Positions 53,989 through 63,925 of a DNA stretch of 64,000 bases are shown here, one piece after another. Each line of letters starts with the position of its first letter. Within the stretch, counting starts at the first letter, position 1. The translations under genes were made by a program, and so were the position numbers. This DNA is from Dehalococcoidia bacterium (GTDB lineage: Bacteria > Chloroflexota > Dehalococcoidia > Lucifugimonadales > Australimonadaceae): NCBI GenBank assembly GCA_965116015.1, contig OZ220477.1:781704-845703 (forward strand), given 5' to 3'. The notes beneath the pieces are model-generated. The model was not told where the DNA came from and made no database searches. It saw only the letters and a list, made by a program, of their open reading frames with translations.

Positions 53989-54813
53989 CTACTTCCTCTT
54001 CGCGTCCTCGACGCCGTTGAGCGAGGCATAACCATAGCGCTCCCACGCCTCCCCGCTAGCCTCGCCTCGCGCATAGGTGAGGAACCGCTCTGCGAGACCG
54101 GCCTGCGGCGACGCGCTCACAACGCCCGCCGTTACTACAAGATCGGCGCTCGCTTTAGGGGGAAGCGGGGCGAGGCGGCGTAGTTTCGGCTCGCCGGACG
54201 CCAGAGCTAGCGAAAGCGGCACGAATCCGAGGTCGGCGCTGCCGGCGGCGACGAACTGCAACGTCTGAGCCGCATTCTCGCCGTACACGATGCGACTGGC
54301 GATGATGTCCCACATCCCCGCGTTGCGCAAGTACTGCCGCGCCGCGGCGCCATACGGAGCAAGCTCCGGATTCGCCAGCGCCACATGCCGGATGAAAGGC
54401 TCAGCCGCGAATTCGGCAGCATCGTCGAGAGCGGAATTAGGGGAGGGAGGGAGTGTCGTAACAGCAACGAGTTCCCCTCGCGCCAGTCCGGCGATGCTGT
54501 CTGGCGAGAGGATGCCGCTAGCTGCCAAAGCGTCGGTGAAGTGCTGGTCGGCTGAGATAAACAGATCCATCGGCGCTCCCTGGCGCAGCTGGGCGGCGAG
54601 AGTCCCAGAAGCTCCGGCGATGATCGTGATGTCGGAGTCGAAGCCCTGTGCTAGCTTCTCGACAGCAGGGCGCAAGCTGGCTGCGACGCCGATGGTTAGC
54701 GACGGTTCCGCTGCAGGCGCCCCGCATGCCGGGATTGCGCCAAGGAGCACAGCGATAAGCAGGAGGCGCTGCTGTAGGGCAGGGCAGGGGCCTCGAAAGG
54801 GGAGGCGGGGCAA
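53989..54813 (-). CDS. modA: Molybdate-binding protein
   Basis: Lipobox-like IPACG, AASL and SASGTL-like (GASGTLAAQ) motifs. First gene of modABC. Confidence 0.8.
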   Translation of the reverse strand: MPRLPFRGPCPALQQRLLLIAVLLGAIPACGAPAAEPSLTIGVAASLRPAVEKLAQGFDSDITIIAGASGTLAAQLRQGAPMDLFISADQHFTDALAASGILSPDSIAGLARGELVAVTTLPPSPNSALDDAAEFAAEPFIRHVALANPELAPYGAAARQYLRNAGMWDIIASRIVYGENAAQTLQFVAAGSADLGFVPLSLALASGEPKLRRLAPLPPKASADLVVTAGVVSASPQAGLAERFLTYARGEASGEAWERYGYASLNGVEDAKRK

Positions 54814-54936
54814 CCGTGTCTCCTTCGTCCCTTGGCATCATTCAGCGGGACTTCATCGTAACCGACTTTGCGCCCCAGGGGCCAGAGGGTTATCCAGCGA
54901 TTCTCAGGAGATGTGGGAGCGCAATAGCAGAATGTT

Positions 54937-54953
54937 TATAGCAAATATCTATA
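54937..54953. promoter_or_regulatory. Perfect palindrome TATAG-N7-CTATA in the modA upstream region (candidate operator)
   Basis: Lies in the AT-rich divergent intergenic region. Geometry resembles the TATAT-N7-TAYAT ModE operator pattern recalled from E. coli. Confidence 0.3.
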
Positions 54954-54992
54954 CAAGCTCTGTAAATCCGTAGCAGAATGCTAGCGATCTGC

Positions 54993-55021
54993 TTGACTAC
55001 TATCTTCGGGGCTGCTAGATT
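54993..55021 (+). promoter_or_regulatory. Sigma-70-like promoter TTGACT-17-TAGATT
   Basis: Hexamers at 54993-54998 and 55016-55021, about 60 nt upstream of the 55083 gene. Confidence 0.45.
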
Positions 55022-55082
55022 CATGCTTGCGGCGGCGAACAAAGGCTAGTCAAACGCCTCCGAGGAACAACAGGAGGGACTC

Positions 55083-55874
55083 ATGGCGAAGCTAGGACCG
55101 TACTCATATCCCGACATAAGGTTTGGGGATGCGGTGGAGATCGCAGGGCGGGTGCTCACGAAGTTCAAAGGGACGGTGAGCGTCAAGGGCCTCGCGTGGG
55201 AATTGGGAATGGCCGAGGGGAGCGGCACTCTGTTCGCCAAGGTTGCAGCGCTGCGCGATTTTGGCCTCGTGGAGGGAAGGGGAGAGCTGAGAATCTCGCA
55301 GCTGGCGCAGCGGGTCCTCCATCCCACTACCCCCGAGGAGGGGCAGCAGGCGAGAGCCGAAGCCTTCCAGCGCGTGGAACTGCTCCGGCAGCTCTACACG
55401 CGTTTCGAAGGGGAGACGCCGGACGACATGAGCCTGCTTGTGGGCTTGGAAGAGATCTCCCGCGCTCCTCGGGATGAAATCGTCCGTCGGGCGCCTCTCA
55501 TCCAGAAGCACCTGACGGACGCGATCCGCGTGCTGGGCAGACCCGTGCAGGAAGAGAAGAAGAGAGAATATTCTGGGGCAGAACAGATAATTGCTGCGGG
55601 CCCCGTAGAATCTCGGGTGTCCAGTGAGCCGTCTGAAGATGGACTGCGGGTGCTCGCCGCTGGACGGAGCCTCTCCGTTCCGCTCACTCCCCAGTACATC
55701 GAAGTAGCGATCACCCTGCTGCGGACTCTACAAGCTGAGCTGCGCGAAGAGGCCGATGAGGACATCTGCAACGACGACGGGCTCGACTTCGATGCCGAGA
55801 ACGGCTTCCATGCGTCCAGAATGCAGGCTTCCGAGCTCGAACTGGGGTCAACCGAGCAATTCGACATTCCGTAA
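55083..55874 (+). CDS. Hypothetical protein with N-terminal wHTH-like region
   Basis: 263 aa with CAGGAGGGA RBS and an acidic C-terminus. Followed by a strong terminator. Confidence 0.6.
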   Translation: MAKLGPYSYPDIRFGDAVEIAGRVLTKFKGTVSVKGLAWELGMAEGSGTLFAKVAALRDFGLVEGRGELRISQLAQRVLHPTTPEEGQQARAEAFQRVELLRQLYTRFEGETPDDMSLLVGLEEISRAPRDEIVRRAPLIQKHLTDAIRVLGRPVQEEKKREYSGAEQIIAAGPVESRVSSEPSEDGLRVLAAGRSLSVPLTPQYIEVAITLLRTLQAELREEADEDICNDDGLDFDAENGFHASRMQASELELGSTEQFDIP

Positions 55875-55897
55875 CCGACGCAAGGACATGCCGCAAA

Positions 55898-55932
55898 GGC
55901 CCGCCCCTGCTGCCAAGAGGCGGGCCTTTTTT
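55898..55932 (+). terminator. Rho-independent terminator (possibly bidirectional)
   Basis: GGCCCGCC (55898-55905) / GGCGGGCC (55919-55926), followed by TTTTTT. Confidence 0.8.
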
Positions 55933-56010
55933 ATGGCGTGCTAGCAGAGGCAGCGTATCGAAAGAAGAGTGACGAGTGCGCGGCGATTCTTGCGGGCTAA
56001 CGCTTACAGG

Positions 56011-57996
56011 CTAGCTCCCGCCGCCAAGGAACGCCTTCAGTCTCTCTGCTAAAGCGAGGCTCATGCCTCGCACCTGTGCGATGTCCTCCGCCGAAGCAGC
56101 TCGAACTCCTGCAACGCTGCCGAAGCGCTTGATAAGTTCGCGCCGTTTCTTCGGGCCGACGCCGGGCGCTTGATCGATCCTTGACGCGATAGCCGCCTTC
56201 GAACGCCGCTGGCGATGGTAAGTGATCGCGAACCGATGCGCCTCGTCGCGAATCCGCTGGACCAAGTAGAGGCCTTGGGACTGCCGTGGAAGAAGCACCG
56301 GCTCCGCCATCTGCGGCAAAAACACTTCTTCCTCTCGCTTCGCCAGTGAGCAGAGCGGGATATCGGTGATGCCAAGTTCAAGGAACGTCTCTTGCGCAGC
56401 TCCAAGATGCCCCTTGCCTCCATCGATAATCACCAGGCTCGGCGCGAAGCCAAACGACTCGCGTGTCCCCGCAATTCCACCAGATATCCCCACATAGTAG
56501 GGAGCGGGAGGCTCCGCAGCGATGCGCGCCGAGACGTGTCCGGTTGCGCCAGCGTTCGGCGCAGCCGCGGCGTAAGCGGCGGCCGCCTCACGGCGAGCCT
56601 CGCCGAGGCGTCGGAACCTCCGCCGCAGCATCTCGCGCATAGAGGCGTAGTCATCAACCCCATCAACCCCTTTAATCTGAAAGCGGCGGTAGTGGCCATT
56701 CTTGGGACGTCCGTTCTCGAACACGACCATGCTGCCCACAGAATGCGCGCCTTGGATATTCGATATGTCGTAGCACTCGATGCGGTCGGGCAGCGTCGGG
56801 AGCGTCAGGGCTTCCTGGAGCTCAACGAGCGCCTGCAGCACCTTGTCCGCTTCGTTGAGCCACTTGATCCGCCGCTGCGTCAAGGCTTCGCGAGCGTTCC
56901 CTGCAGCCATCTCCACCAACCGCCGGCGCGGCCCTCGCTGCGGACGAGTTACCGCCACCCGTCGACCACGTTTGCCGGCCAGCCACTGCTCGATCGCCGG
57001 GGCATTCTCCACCTCATGCTGTAGGAGCACGGCGGCCGGCACATCGGTGGAAGCCTCGTAGTACTGCTGCACGAAGTGCTCAAGCAAGAGCGGCTCTTCT
57101 TCCGCCTCCCCACCCTCCATAAGGAAGTGGTCGCGGTCAATCAACTTGCCGTGACGCACCTTGAAGAGCTCGACCCACGCCTCTCCCTTGTCGTAGGCAA
57201 GCGCGACGACGTCCGCGTCCTCCTGCCGATCGGAGACGACGCGCTGGCTCTGGGAGACCGATTCGATGGCCCTAATCTGGTCCCGTAGGATGGCGGCGCG
57301 CTCGAACTCCAAGCGCTCAGCCGCGTCGTTCATCTTGACCCGAATACTGCCTGCGACGGCTTCCGAGTCACCCTCCAGGAACTGCACGACCTCGCGGATA
57401 ACCTCCAAGTACTCCCGGCGATCGACTGCGCCAATGCACGGGCCAACGCAACGGTGGATGTGGTATTCGAGGCAAGGGCGTTCGTCGTCGCCGGTGATGA
57501 GTTTCGTACACGAGCGATAAGGAAAGAGCTTCTTGAGCAAGTCCATCGTCTTGCGCACCGAGCTAGCGCTGGCGAACGGCCCGAAATACCGTGCGCCGTC
57601 GGCCAGGACACGCCGCGTGAAGTAGACCTGCGGAAACTCCTCCGACAGGTCTATTTTGATATAGGGATACGTCTTGTCGTCTTTCAGGCGAGCGTTATAG
57701 AAGGGTTTCCGCTGCTTAATCAGTAGGTTCTCGAGCAGCAGCGCCTCTTGGACTGTCTCAGTGACGATGAACTCGAAATCGGCGATGCGAAGCGCCATCG
57801 CCTGCACCTTCGGCTCTTTGCCGTATGGAGTTTGGAAGTACGAGCGGACACGGTTACGCAAGCTGGCGGCCTTGCCAACGTAGATAACGGCGTCCTTCGC
57901 GTCCTTCATGAGGTATACGCCGGGACTCGTCGGCAGCGCGCTCAAGCGATCAGCGAACGCTTTCGTTCGCGCCTCCTTACGCACAGGGGTGGTCAT
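56011..57996 (-). CDS. uvrC: Excinuclease ABC subunit C
   Basis: 661 aa. N-terminal GIY-YIG (GVYLMKD...VIYVGKA), UVR domain and C-terminal HhH2. Confidence 0.92.
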   Translation of the reverse strand: MTTPVRKEARTKAFADRLSALPTSPGVYLMKDAKDAVIYVGKAASLRNRVRSYFQTPYGKEPKVQAMALRIADFEFIVTETVQEALLLENLLIKQRKPFYNARLKDDKTYPYIKIDLSEEFPQVYFTRRVLADGARYFGPFASASSVRKTMDLLKKLFPYRSCTKLITGDDERPCLEYHIHRCVGPCIGAVDRREYLEVIREVVQFLEGDSEAVAGSIRVKMNDAAERLEFERAAILRDQIRAIESVSQSQRVVSDRQEDADVVALAYDKGEAWVELFKVRHGKLIDRDHFLMEGGEAEEEPLLLEHFVQQYYEASTDVPAAVLLQHEVENAPAIEQWLAGKRGRRVAVTRPQRGPRRRLVEMAAGNAREALTQRRIKWLNEADKVLQALVELQEALTLPTLPDRIECYDISNIQGAHSVGSMVVFENGRPKNGHYRRFQIKGVDGVDDYASMREMLRRRFRRLGEARREAAAAYAAAAPNAGATGHVSARIAAEPPAPYYVGISGGIAGTRESFGFAPSLVIIDGGKGHLGAAQETFLELGITDIPLCSLAKREEEVFLPQMAEPVLLPRQSQGLYLVQRIRDEAHRFAITYHRQRRSKAAIASRIDQAPGVGPKKRRELIKRFGSVAGVRAASAEDIAQVRGMSLALAERLKAFLGGGS

Positions 57997-58093
57997 CGCC
58001 TTAGCAGTGTAACGCTTTGCGCCGCCAGAGAAAGGAGAGGGCGCACAGCCTTTAGAATGCTAAGCGCCGCCTAGGCCGCCAGGAAGCGGAGCC

Positions 58094-58507
58094 TTATGCG
58101 CCAAGATCGGTCGCCAGCTTGAGATAGGCGAGGACTCCGCCGATGATGGCGGTGATGATCCCGATCAATGCCAGTTCGCGGCGCAAGCCACCCGCAGGCG
58201 CCAGACCCGAGGCTTGGGGCGATGCCCTTCGCTGCACGAGCGGTGTAGCAGGAGTCGGGCGCCGACGTTCGGGCTGCGGCGAGGCGGTTCGCGAAGAGGA
58301 TGCAGCGGCAAGCGTCGCCGAATCGGCAGTCGCGGCTTCTGCTGCGTCGACGTCAGGCGCCTCGAGGGAGTCGTCCTCCGCAGGGGCAGGCGGAGTGAGA
58401 ACGGCCCCGGGTATCGATGGGCCTGTCGACCGAGCCTTGCGTTTCGCGCGTTCCCTAGCCCTCGCTTGGCTGGCCGCTGCTCTGTTCCCGGCTTTCTTGT
58501 TCGCCAT
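58094..58507 (-). CDS. Hypothetical basic/low-complexity protein with C-terminal TM
   Basis: 137 aa, sits in the operon between the kinase-like gene and uvrC. Low-complexity, so its reality is uncertain. Confidence 0.4.
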   Translation of the reverse strand: MANKKAGNRAAASQARARERAKRKARSTGPSIPGAVLTPPAPAEDDSLEAPDVDAAEAATADSATLAAASSSRTASPQPERRRPTPATPLVQRRASPQASGLAPAGGLRRELALIGIITAIIGGVLAYLKLATDLGA

Positions 58508-58531
58508 TGCCTTCTTCTGTCTCTCCCGCGC

Positions 58532-59254
58532 TCAAGCCGCCAACCGCGCGGCCTCAACAACGAGGTCGGCGGTGTGGTCGATATGCAACAAATCTGTGTT
58601 CAGCACGATATGGTAATACTGCGGGTCTTCGGGATCTACATTGAAGAAGCGACGGTAGTGCGCGAGACGGGCGCGCGCATTCTCAGTCACGTTCCGCTCA
58701 GCCTCGATTTCGTTCAGTCCCTCGCGCTCCATAATACGCGCTACACGCCCGGGGAGGCTAGAGACGAGCCCTACGTGCAAGGCTCCGGGAGTGTCTCTGA
58801 GGATGATGTTGGCGCCTCGTCCGGCAATCACTACATTCCCCGACGCAGCAATCTCTTGGATGACCTCCGTCGTGACCCTGAGCAGATTCTCGTCAGAGAG
58901 CGTTGCGTCAGGCCCCAGCTCCTCGCGCGGGAAGTCGCGGTACTCACGCACAAGCAGCGCGTCGAGCCCGCCGCCGAAGTAAGGGTCGGCGCCGCCGCCC
59001 GCGAGGGCGGAGCGTTCGAGCACAGTCTTAACGAAGCCTGCGATGCGGTCGCCCAGGCGGGGAGGGCGTTCGGTGCGCTCGGCAACTGCCGCTACGGTTG
59101 CGCCAATCTTCTTCGCGGCCTCGGCAAGGATCATCCGATCGATGTAGTCGATGCCAAGCTTACGGGCGACTTCGCTTCCTACTTCAATGGCGCCGCTGCC
59201 AACGAGGCCTGTAACGGTGATGATGGGCATTCCGTGGCTTCTCCTCTTCGCCAT
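58532..59254 (-). CDS. Cytidylate-kinase-like family protein
   Basis: P-loop-like ITVTGLVGSGAIEVG, then ...VIAGRGANIIL. Confidence 0.6.
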   Translation of the reverse strand: MAKRRSHGMPIITVTGLVGSGAIEVGSEVARKLGIDYIDRMILAEAAKKIGATVAAVAERTERPPRLGDRIAGFVKTVLERSALAGGGADPYFGGGLDALLVREYRDFPREELGPDATLSDENLLRVTTEVIQEIAASGNVVIAGRGANIILRDTPGALHVGLVSSLPGRVARIMEREGLNEIEAERNVTENARARLAHYRRFFNVDPEDPQYYHIVLNTDLLHIDHTADLVVEAARLAA

Positions 59255-59720
59255 CTTTCTTACTCGGGGGCCTCGCGCGATCCATCGCGTTCACCATCTC
59301 AATCATACATGCGTCGTCGCTGTCGCCGGCAGGCGCTGCGAACCACGCGTCGAGAATCTCCTCGGCGACATCGGGAGAGGTTGAGCGCAGGCTCATAACA
59401 AGCACGTTGGCGTCGTTCCAGCGGCGCGCGCCATCCGCCGTCTGCGCGTCGGCGCAGAGCGCGGCTCGGACGCCCGGCGCCTTGTTGGCGGCGATAGCGA
59501 CCCCTGTTCCCGTGAAACAGAAGAGAACGCCCTGATCGCATTCGCCACAAGCCACAGCCTCGCCGACCTTACGGCCTACCGACGGCCAGCGAGCATCATC
59601 TCCATCTGCGAGCGCGCCAAACAGGCGCACTTCGTGTCCACGCCTACGCAGGTCGTTGGCGACATGATCGGGAAGCGGGGTCGCCTCATCGCTGCCAACA
59701 GCTATTCTCATTGCACGCAA
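59184..59720 (-). CDS. rpiB: Ribose-5-phosphate isomerase B (RpiB/LacA/LacB family)
   Basis: MRIAVGSDEA...GVLFCFTGTGVAIAANK...GVRAALC...ARRWNDANVLVMS. The long C-terminal tail overlaps the next gene. Confidence 0.75.
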   Translation of the reverse strand: MRAMRIAVGSDEATPLPDHVANDLRRRGHEVRLFGALADGDDARWPSVGRKVGEAVACGECDQGVLFCFTGTGVAIAANKAPGVRAALCADAQTADGARRWNDANVLVMSLRSTSPDVAEEILDAWFAAPAGDSDDACMIEMVNAMDRARPPSKKDGEEEKPRNAHHHRYRPRWQRRH

Positions 59721-59725
59721 ACTCG

Positions 59726-60712
59726 CTATGCCCGGGGATGCGATCGCTCGAACGTCTCGCGGACCTGGTTGTCGGTCAAGTGCGTATAGACCTGAGTCGT
59801 TGAGATGTTAGCATGGCCGAGGAGTTCTTGAACGTGCCGCAACGGAGCCCCGCCGTGGAGCAGATGCGTGGCGAAGCTGTGGCGGAGCGTGTGCGGCGAT
59901 AGGCCACTACGGATGTCCGCGCGCTTCGCCGCCTGCTTCAGAATGAGCCAGTACCCTTGGCGTGTCATAGGACCGCCTCTGGCGTTGAGAAAAAGCGCTG
60001 TCTCCACAGCGCCGCGACGACGCGATCTCGCCAGCAGCAGAGGACGCACGTCGCGAGCGTAGGCTAGCAACTGACGCGCAATGCCGGGGTAGACCGGGGC
60101 GAGACGCTCTTTCGCTCCCTTGCCGAGAACGCGCACCCACCCTGCATCGAGACTCAGCGCAGAGACCTGTAGTCCTTGCGGCCCGGCCACTTCTGATACC
60201 CGGAGACCTGCGGCGTACGTGAGCTCGAGCATCACGCGGTCGCGTACGCCTTCGGGAGCGGGACGTTCGCCAGCTGCGGTGAGCAAGCGGGCGACCTCTT
60301 GCACGGTGAGCACATCAGGCAGCGACCGAGCAGGTCGGCGAGACTGTAGACGCTCCGCAGGGTTCGCGTCGATGACTTCTTCCTCGAGCAGGAATCGAAA
60401 GAATGAACGGGCAGCCGCCGTCTTGCGCGCGAGGCTGATCTCCGAATAGCCACCCTTAGCAAGCGCGAGCCGGGCCTCTTCGATTTCGCGCTGCGACACT
60501 TGGTCCCATCGGATGCAGGAGCGGCCGCCCGACAGTAGCTCCTGCAGCTGAGTCAGATCCGCGCGGTAGGCGGCGACGGTGTTCGCCGAGAGGCCACGTT
60601 CGGCGCGCAGATGGCTAAGGAACGATTCGATATCTGGGGCGGCCTCTCGAGGCGCGCGTCGCCTCGTGTCGCGGTCCGTGGAAGCCTGGGAGCTTCGGGC
60701 AGCCATAGCCAT
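59726..60712 (-). CDS. Tyrosine recombinase, XerC/XerD type
   Basis: N-terminal ...FLSHLRAERGLSANTVAAYRADL. C-terminal catalytic RHSFATHLL...LLGHANISTTQVYTH. Confidence 0.85.
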   Translation of the reverse strand: MAMAARSSQASTDRDTRRRAPREAAPDIESFLSHLRAERGLSANTVAAYRADLTQLQELLSGGRSCIRWDQVSQREIEEARLALAKGGYSEISLARKTAAARSFFRFLLEEEVIDANPAERLQSRRPARSLPDVLTVQEVARLLTAAGERPAPEGVRDRVMLELTYAAGLRVSEVAGPQGLQVSALSLDAGWVRVLGKGAKERLAPVYPGIARQLLAYARDVRPLLLARSRRRGAVETALFLNARGGPMTRQGYWLILKQAAKRADIRSGLSPHTLRHSFATHLLHGGAPLRHVQELLGHANISTTQVYTHLTDNQVRETFERSHPRA

Positions 60713-60797
60713 CGTTCGGCTATTCTAGAGACGGCGATTGAGCCTGTGGCATGAGTTTGCCTTGCGAATGCAGTCGATTGGCCAGACAGGGCCCCTG

Positions 60798-61556
60798 ATG
60801 ACCATTGCGCTCGACCCCAACGCGTTCGGCCTACCTCTGCTGACATGGACAGCTCTGGGGACGATGGCCGGCGTGCTGGTTGGCTGCAGCCTCTTCCTGC
60901 GCCGAGCCAGCGACCTGGGCGCCGATCGGCGGACGCTGTATGGAATTGTGATCGCAGCGTTGCTTGGAGGGTTGCTCGGGGCACGGCTGCTCCACATCGC
61001 CGATTACTGGGATTTCTACGCCAGGGCTCCGTTCCAGGCTCTGTACCTGTGGAACGGGGGGCTGTCGCTATGGGGTGGAGCGCTGGGAGGACTCGCGGCG
61101 GGGCTGTGCGCCGCACGGCGACAGGGACTCCCGCTGCCCGAGACGTCCGCGGCGGCTACGGTTCCGGCCCTCGTCGGACTGGCGATCGGCCGGGCTGGCG
61201 ACCTCCTGGCGGGCGAGCGCGCAGCTACTGGCTCAATGGCGCCATGGGCCGTGGTTTACGCCAACGAGAGCACCGAGGCGTACGCAGGGGGCGCAAGCGT
61301 CCACCCCGTGGCTCTGTACGAACTGATGCTGGATCTTGCGATAGCCGCCGCTGTGACATCGTGGAGTCGCCGCCTACCCAGCGGCGCTGTGATGCTTGCA
61401 GCCTTGGCGGCGTGGGCCGGGGGACGGTTCCTCATCGCGTTTGTGCGGCTCGATCCGGCGCACCTAGGGCTGCAGCAGACCCAGTGGGTTGGCCTAGTCA
61501 TGCTCGCGGGGATCAGCATAGCCGCACTTCGCTCCCGCAAGAGGCAGAGGAGATAA
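60798..61556 (+). CDS. lgt: Prolipoprotein diacylglyceryl transferase
   Basis: ATG at 60798 within ORF 60738..61556. WNGGLSLWGGALGG, GRAGDLLAGE and HPVALYE motifs. Confidence 0.8.
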   Translation: MTIALDPNAFGLPLLTWTALGTMAGVLVGCSLFLRRASDLGADRRTLYGIVIAALLGGLLGARLLHIADYWDFYARAPFQALYLWNGGLSLWGGALGGLAAGLCAARRQGLPLPETSAAATVPALVGLAIGRAGDLLAGERAATGSMAPWAVVYANESTEAYAGGASVHPVALYELMLDLAIAAAVTSWSRRLPSGAVMLAALAAWAGGRFLIAFVRLDPAHLGLQQTQWVGLVMLAGISIAALRSRKRQRR

Positions 61557-61673
61557 CGGCAGGACCTAGCACCCCTTTAGTTCATTGTTCACGCTCTTCA
61601 CCACAGGGAGTCCCGCCGAAGGCGCGTTCTCTTCAGGCGCCAGGCTTGCGCTCACGGGGGCGGGAGACGCGGC

Positions 61674-62219
61674 TCAAACGGCCCGCGCTTGCGCCATGCG
61701 GTCGCGCGAGTCGAAACCGCCCTCCAGAATGCCAAAGATGAGTCCCCACGTTCCTTGGCGCCACACCAGGCAAGGCACTTGGTGGTTGCCGTCCTGACTG
61801 CGCCAGACCGTGCCGGGGAAAACAAGCGAGTAGCGCTGGAATTCCTCCGGGAGTTGCTCTTGCCGGTCGAGCGTGTATTCAGCGTGACGCTGGCCTAAGA
61901 GACCGGGAGTTCCCATAATCAGCTCGACCATCGGCTCACCGATAAGCTCCTCCATTCCCTCTGCGAATGGAGCCATGTCGATGTCGGCGACAGAGATGAC
62001 CTCGGGGTCAATCGCGTCGCGCACCAGCTCCCAGCCGTCGTCCGCCTTATCGTTCTTGAGCGGACCGATTCCGCCCACAGCGGAGAGCACGCCAAGCGCC
62101 CTGCGCAGCCCTGCTGAGTCGATCGTCCAGCCGCGAGCCGTAGCCTCGTCGATGTCTCTGGGAAGGGCGGCGACAACCGCCGCCGCAAATTCCGCGTACC
62201 AGTCGGGAACCTCTGTCAT
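61674..62219 (-). CDS. Hypothetical protein
   Basis: Internal start MTEVPDWYAEF. 181 aa, no family recognised. Confidence 0.45.
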   Translation of the reverse strand: MTEVPDWYAEFAAAVVAALPRDIDEATARGWTIDSAGLRRALGVLSAVGGIGPLKNDKADDGWELVRDAIDPEVISVADIDMAPFAEGMEELIGEPMVELIMGTPGLLGQRHAEYTLDRQEQLPEEFQRYSLVFPGTVWRSQDGNHQVPCLVWRQGTWGLIFGILEGGFDSRDRMAQARAV

Positions 62220-62407
62220 CGCATCTCCTCGAACAGCTGAATCATGTCCGAGTATCCGCTTTGCCGCACTCGCCGCGCAACTGCTGCTCGATCCGAACTC
62301 GCGCCCGCCCGAGGTGCGCAGGCAGTGAGCCAAACGAGCAGTTCGGACTCGCGACGGAGTATGATTCCGTCGCGAGGACACAAGGAACCGCATGGAGGCA
62401 AGGCCGC

Positions 62408-63925
62408 ATGGAACAGCACAGCGTTTACGACGTCATCGTGATGGGAGGAGGCTCCGCTGGATGCGTTGCGGCAGCGCGGCTGTCGGAAGACCCCAAGCGG
62501 CGGGTGCTGCTGCTCGAGGCTGGCCCGGACCCGGATCCCCTTCCGTTCATCATTGCGGATGGCACAAGCAGCAACCGCCCAATCCTCGAGTCGGACTACG
62601 TGATTATGTACCCGACGAAGCGCAAGATCGACGGGAGCGAGTACTACCCCATCAGCGGCCGCGTACTAGGAGGCGGCTCGTCTGTGAATATGATGGGCGT
62701 CGTCCGACCTACACAGCACGACCTCGACCTATGGGAATCGCTCGGCAACCCCGGCTGGTCGTACGAGGACTGCCTTCCGGCGCTGAAACGCATCGAGAAC
62801 GATATTGACTACCCCGACGCGCCGCATCACGGCAACGCTGGGCCTCTTACGGTTAAGCGCCGGCTGTCGTTCGACAAGCTAGACCCGCCGCAAGAGGCAT
62901 TTCTGAGGCGCGCACAGGCCTTGGGATACCCGCTGCTGCCCGACCGGAACGTTCCGAACCCGTTCGGAATTTCCCGAGGCGCCTCGAACGTGAAGGACGG
63001 CAAACGGCAATCGACGGCCGTCGCCTATCTGGCTCCGGCGCGTTCACGGCCAAACCTCACAGTGATTGCCGAGGCTATGGTCGTGGGTCTCAAAATGGAC
63101 GGATCGCGCATTGCAGAAGTCGAGTACCGCAGAGGAAGCGAGGCGCGGACCGCGGCAGCGGACACGTTCGTGCTGAGCTCCGGGGTCTACCACAGCCCGC
63201 AGACGCTGATGCTGTCGGGCATCGGCAACCCGGAAGACCTGGAGCCGCTCGGCATCAAGGTTGTGCATGAGCTCAAGGGAATCGGAAGGAATTACCAAGA
63301 CCACGCGGCAGTGAACATGGTGTTCGAGAGCGCGTCAGACTTTATACCCGATTGGGTAGTCTCAGGCTTCCAACTCATCTACAAGAGCGATCCCGGACTG
63401 CCGAACGGCGACTTTCACTTGTATATGCGGGCTCCAGTGGTGGTCGAGGGACTGAAGCCGCTTATGCCTTTCGCCGCCAATCTCATCGAACAGAAGTCGC
63501 GGGGACGCGTTTTCATTACATCCACCGACCCCAGCGAGTTGCCAACAATCGACGACGGCCTGCTGCAGCACCCAGACGACACGAAGGCGGTGCGCACGGC
63601 GATGGAGTTCATTCAGGGCTTCGTGGACGATGACCTTATGCGGCCTTACTTCGGCACTCTCGTGCAGCCAGGGCCGGAGGAGGACTGGCTCGAGTACGCG
63701 CAGTCGACCTACGACTGCTACCACCACGGGGTGGGCACGTGCATGATGGGGCCGGCGTCGAACGAGATGGCTGTGGTGGACAGCCGCCTGAAGATGCACG
63801 GGATGGACAACCTCTTCGTAGCCGACGCCTCGATTATGCCTACAGTCACCCACGCCAACACCAACGTAACGTCGATTATGATTGGCGAGCGGCTATCGGA
63901 CTTTATTGGAGAGGCTGGCCGGTAG
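62408..63925 (+). CDS. GMC-family FAD oxidoreductase (choline-dehydrogenase-like)
   Basis: ATG at 62408. YDVIVMGGGSAGCVAAARLSE at the N-terminus and GTCMMGP...VVDSRLKMHGMDNLFVADASIMP at the C-terminus. Confidence 0.88.
   Translation: MEQHSVYDVIVMGGGSAGCVAAARLSEDPKRRVLLLEAGPDPDPLPFIIADGTSSNRPILESDYVIMYPTKRKIDGSEYYPISGRVLGGGSSVNMMGVVRPTQHDLDLWESLGNPGWSYEDCLPALKRIENDIDYPDAPHHGNAGPLTVKRRLSFDKLDPPQEAFLRRAQALGYPLLPDRNVPNPFGISRGASNVKDGKRQSTAVAYLAPARSRPNLTVIAEAMVVGLKMDGSRIAEVEYRRGSEARTAAADTFVLSSGVYHSPQTLMLSGIGNPEDLEPLGIKVVHELKGIGRNYQDHAAVNMVFESASDFIPDWVVSGFQLIYKSDPGLPNGDFHLYMRAPVVVEGLKPLMPFAANLIEQKSRGRVFITSTDPSELPTIDDGLLQHPDDTKAVRTAMEFIQGFVDDDLMRPYFGTLVQPGPEEDWLEYAQSTYDCYHHGVGTCMMGPASNEMAVVDSRLKMHGMDNLFVADASIMPTVTHANTNVTSIMIGERLSDFIGEAGR

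Noticed and set aside
54900-54960. dif site near the Xer gene / AT-rich palindrome as dif.
   Set aside because: The palindrome arms do not resemble XerC/XerD binding half-sites recalled from E. coli or Bacillus dif. The site is 5 kb from the recombinase gene, in the modA promoter region.
59726-60712. Tyrosine recombinase as a prophage/ICE integrase marking a mobile element.
   Set aside because: The sequence has the XerC/XerD N-terminal and catalytic signatures. It lies in a housekeeping operon context (rpiB, kinase-like gene, uvrC, lgt) of normal composition, with no phage or transfer genes around it.
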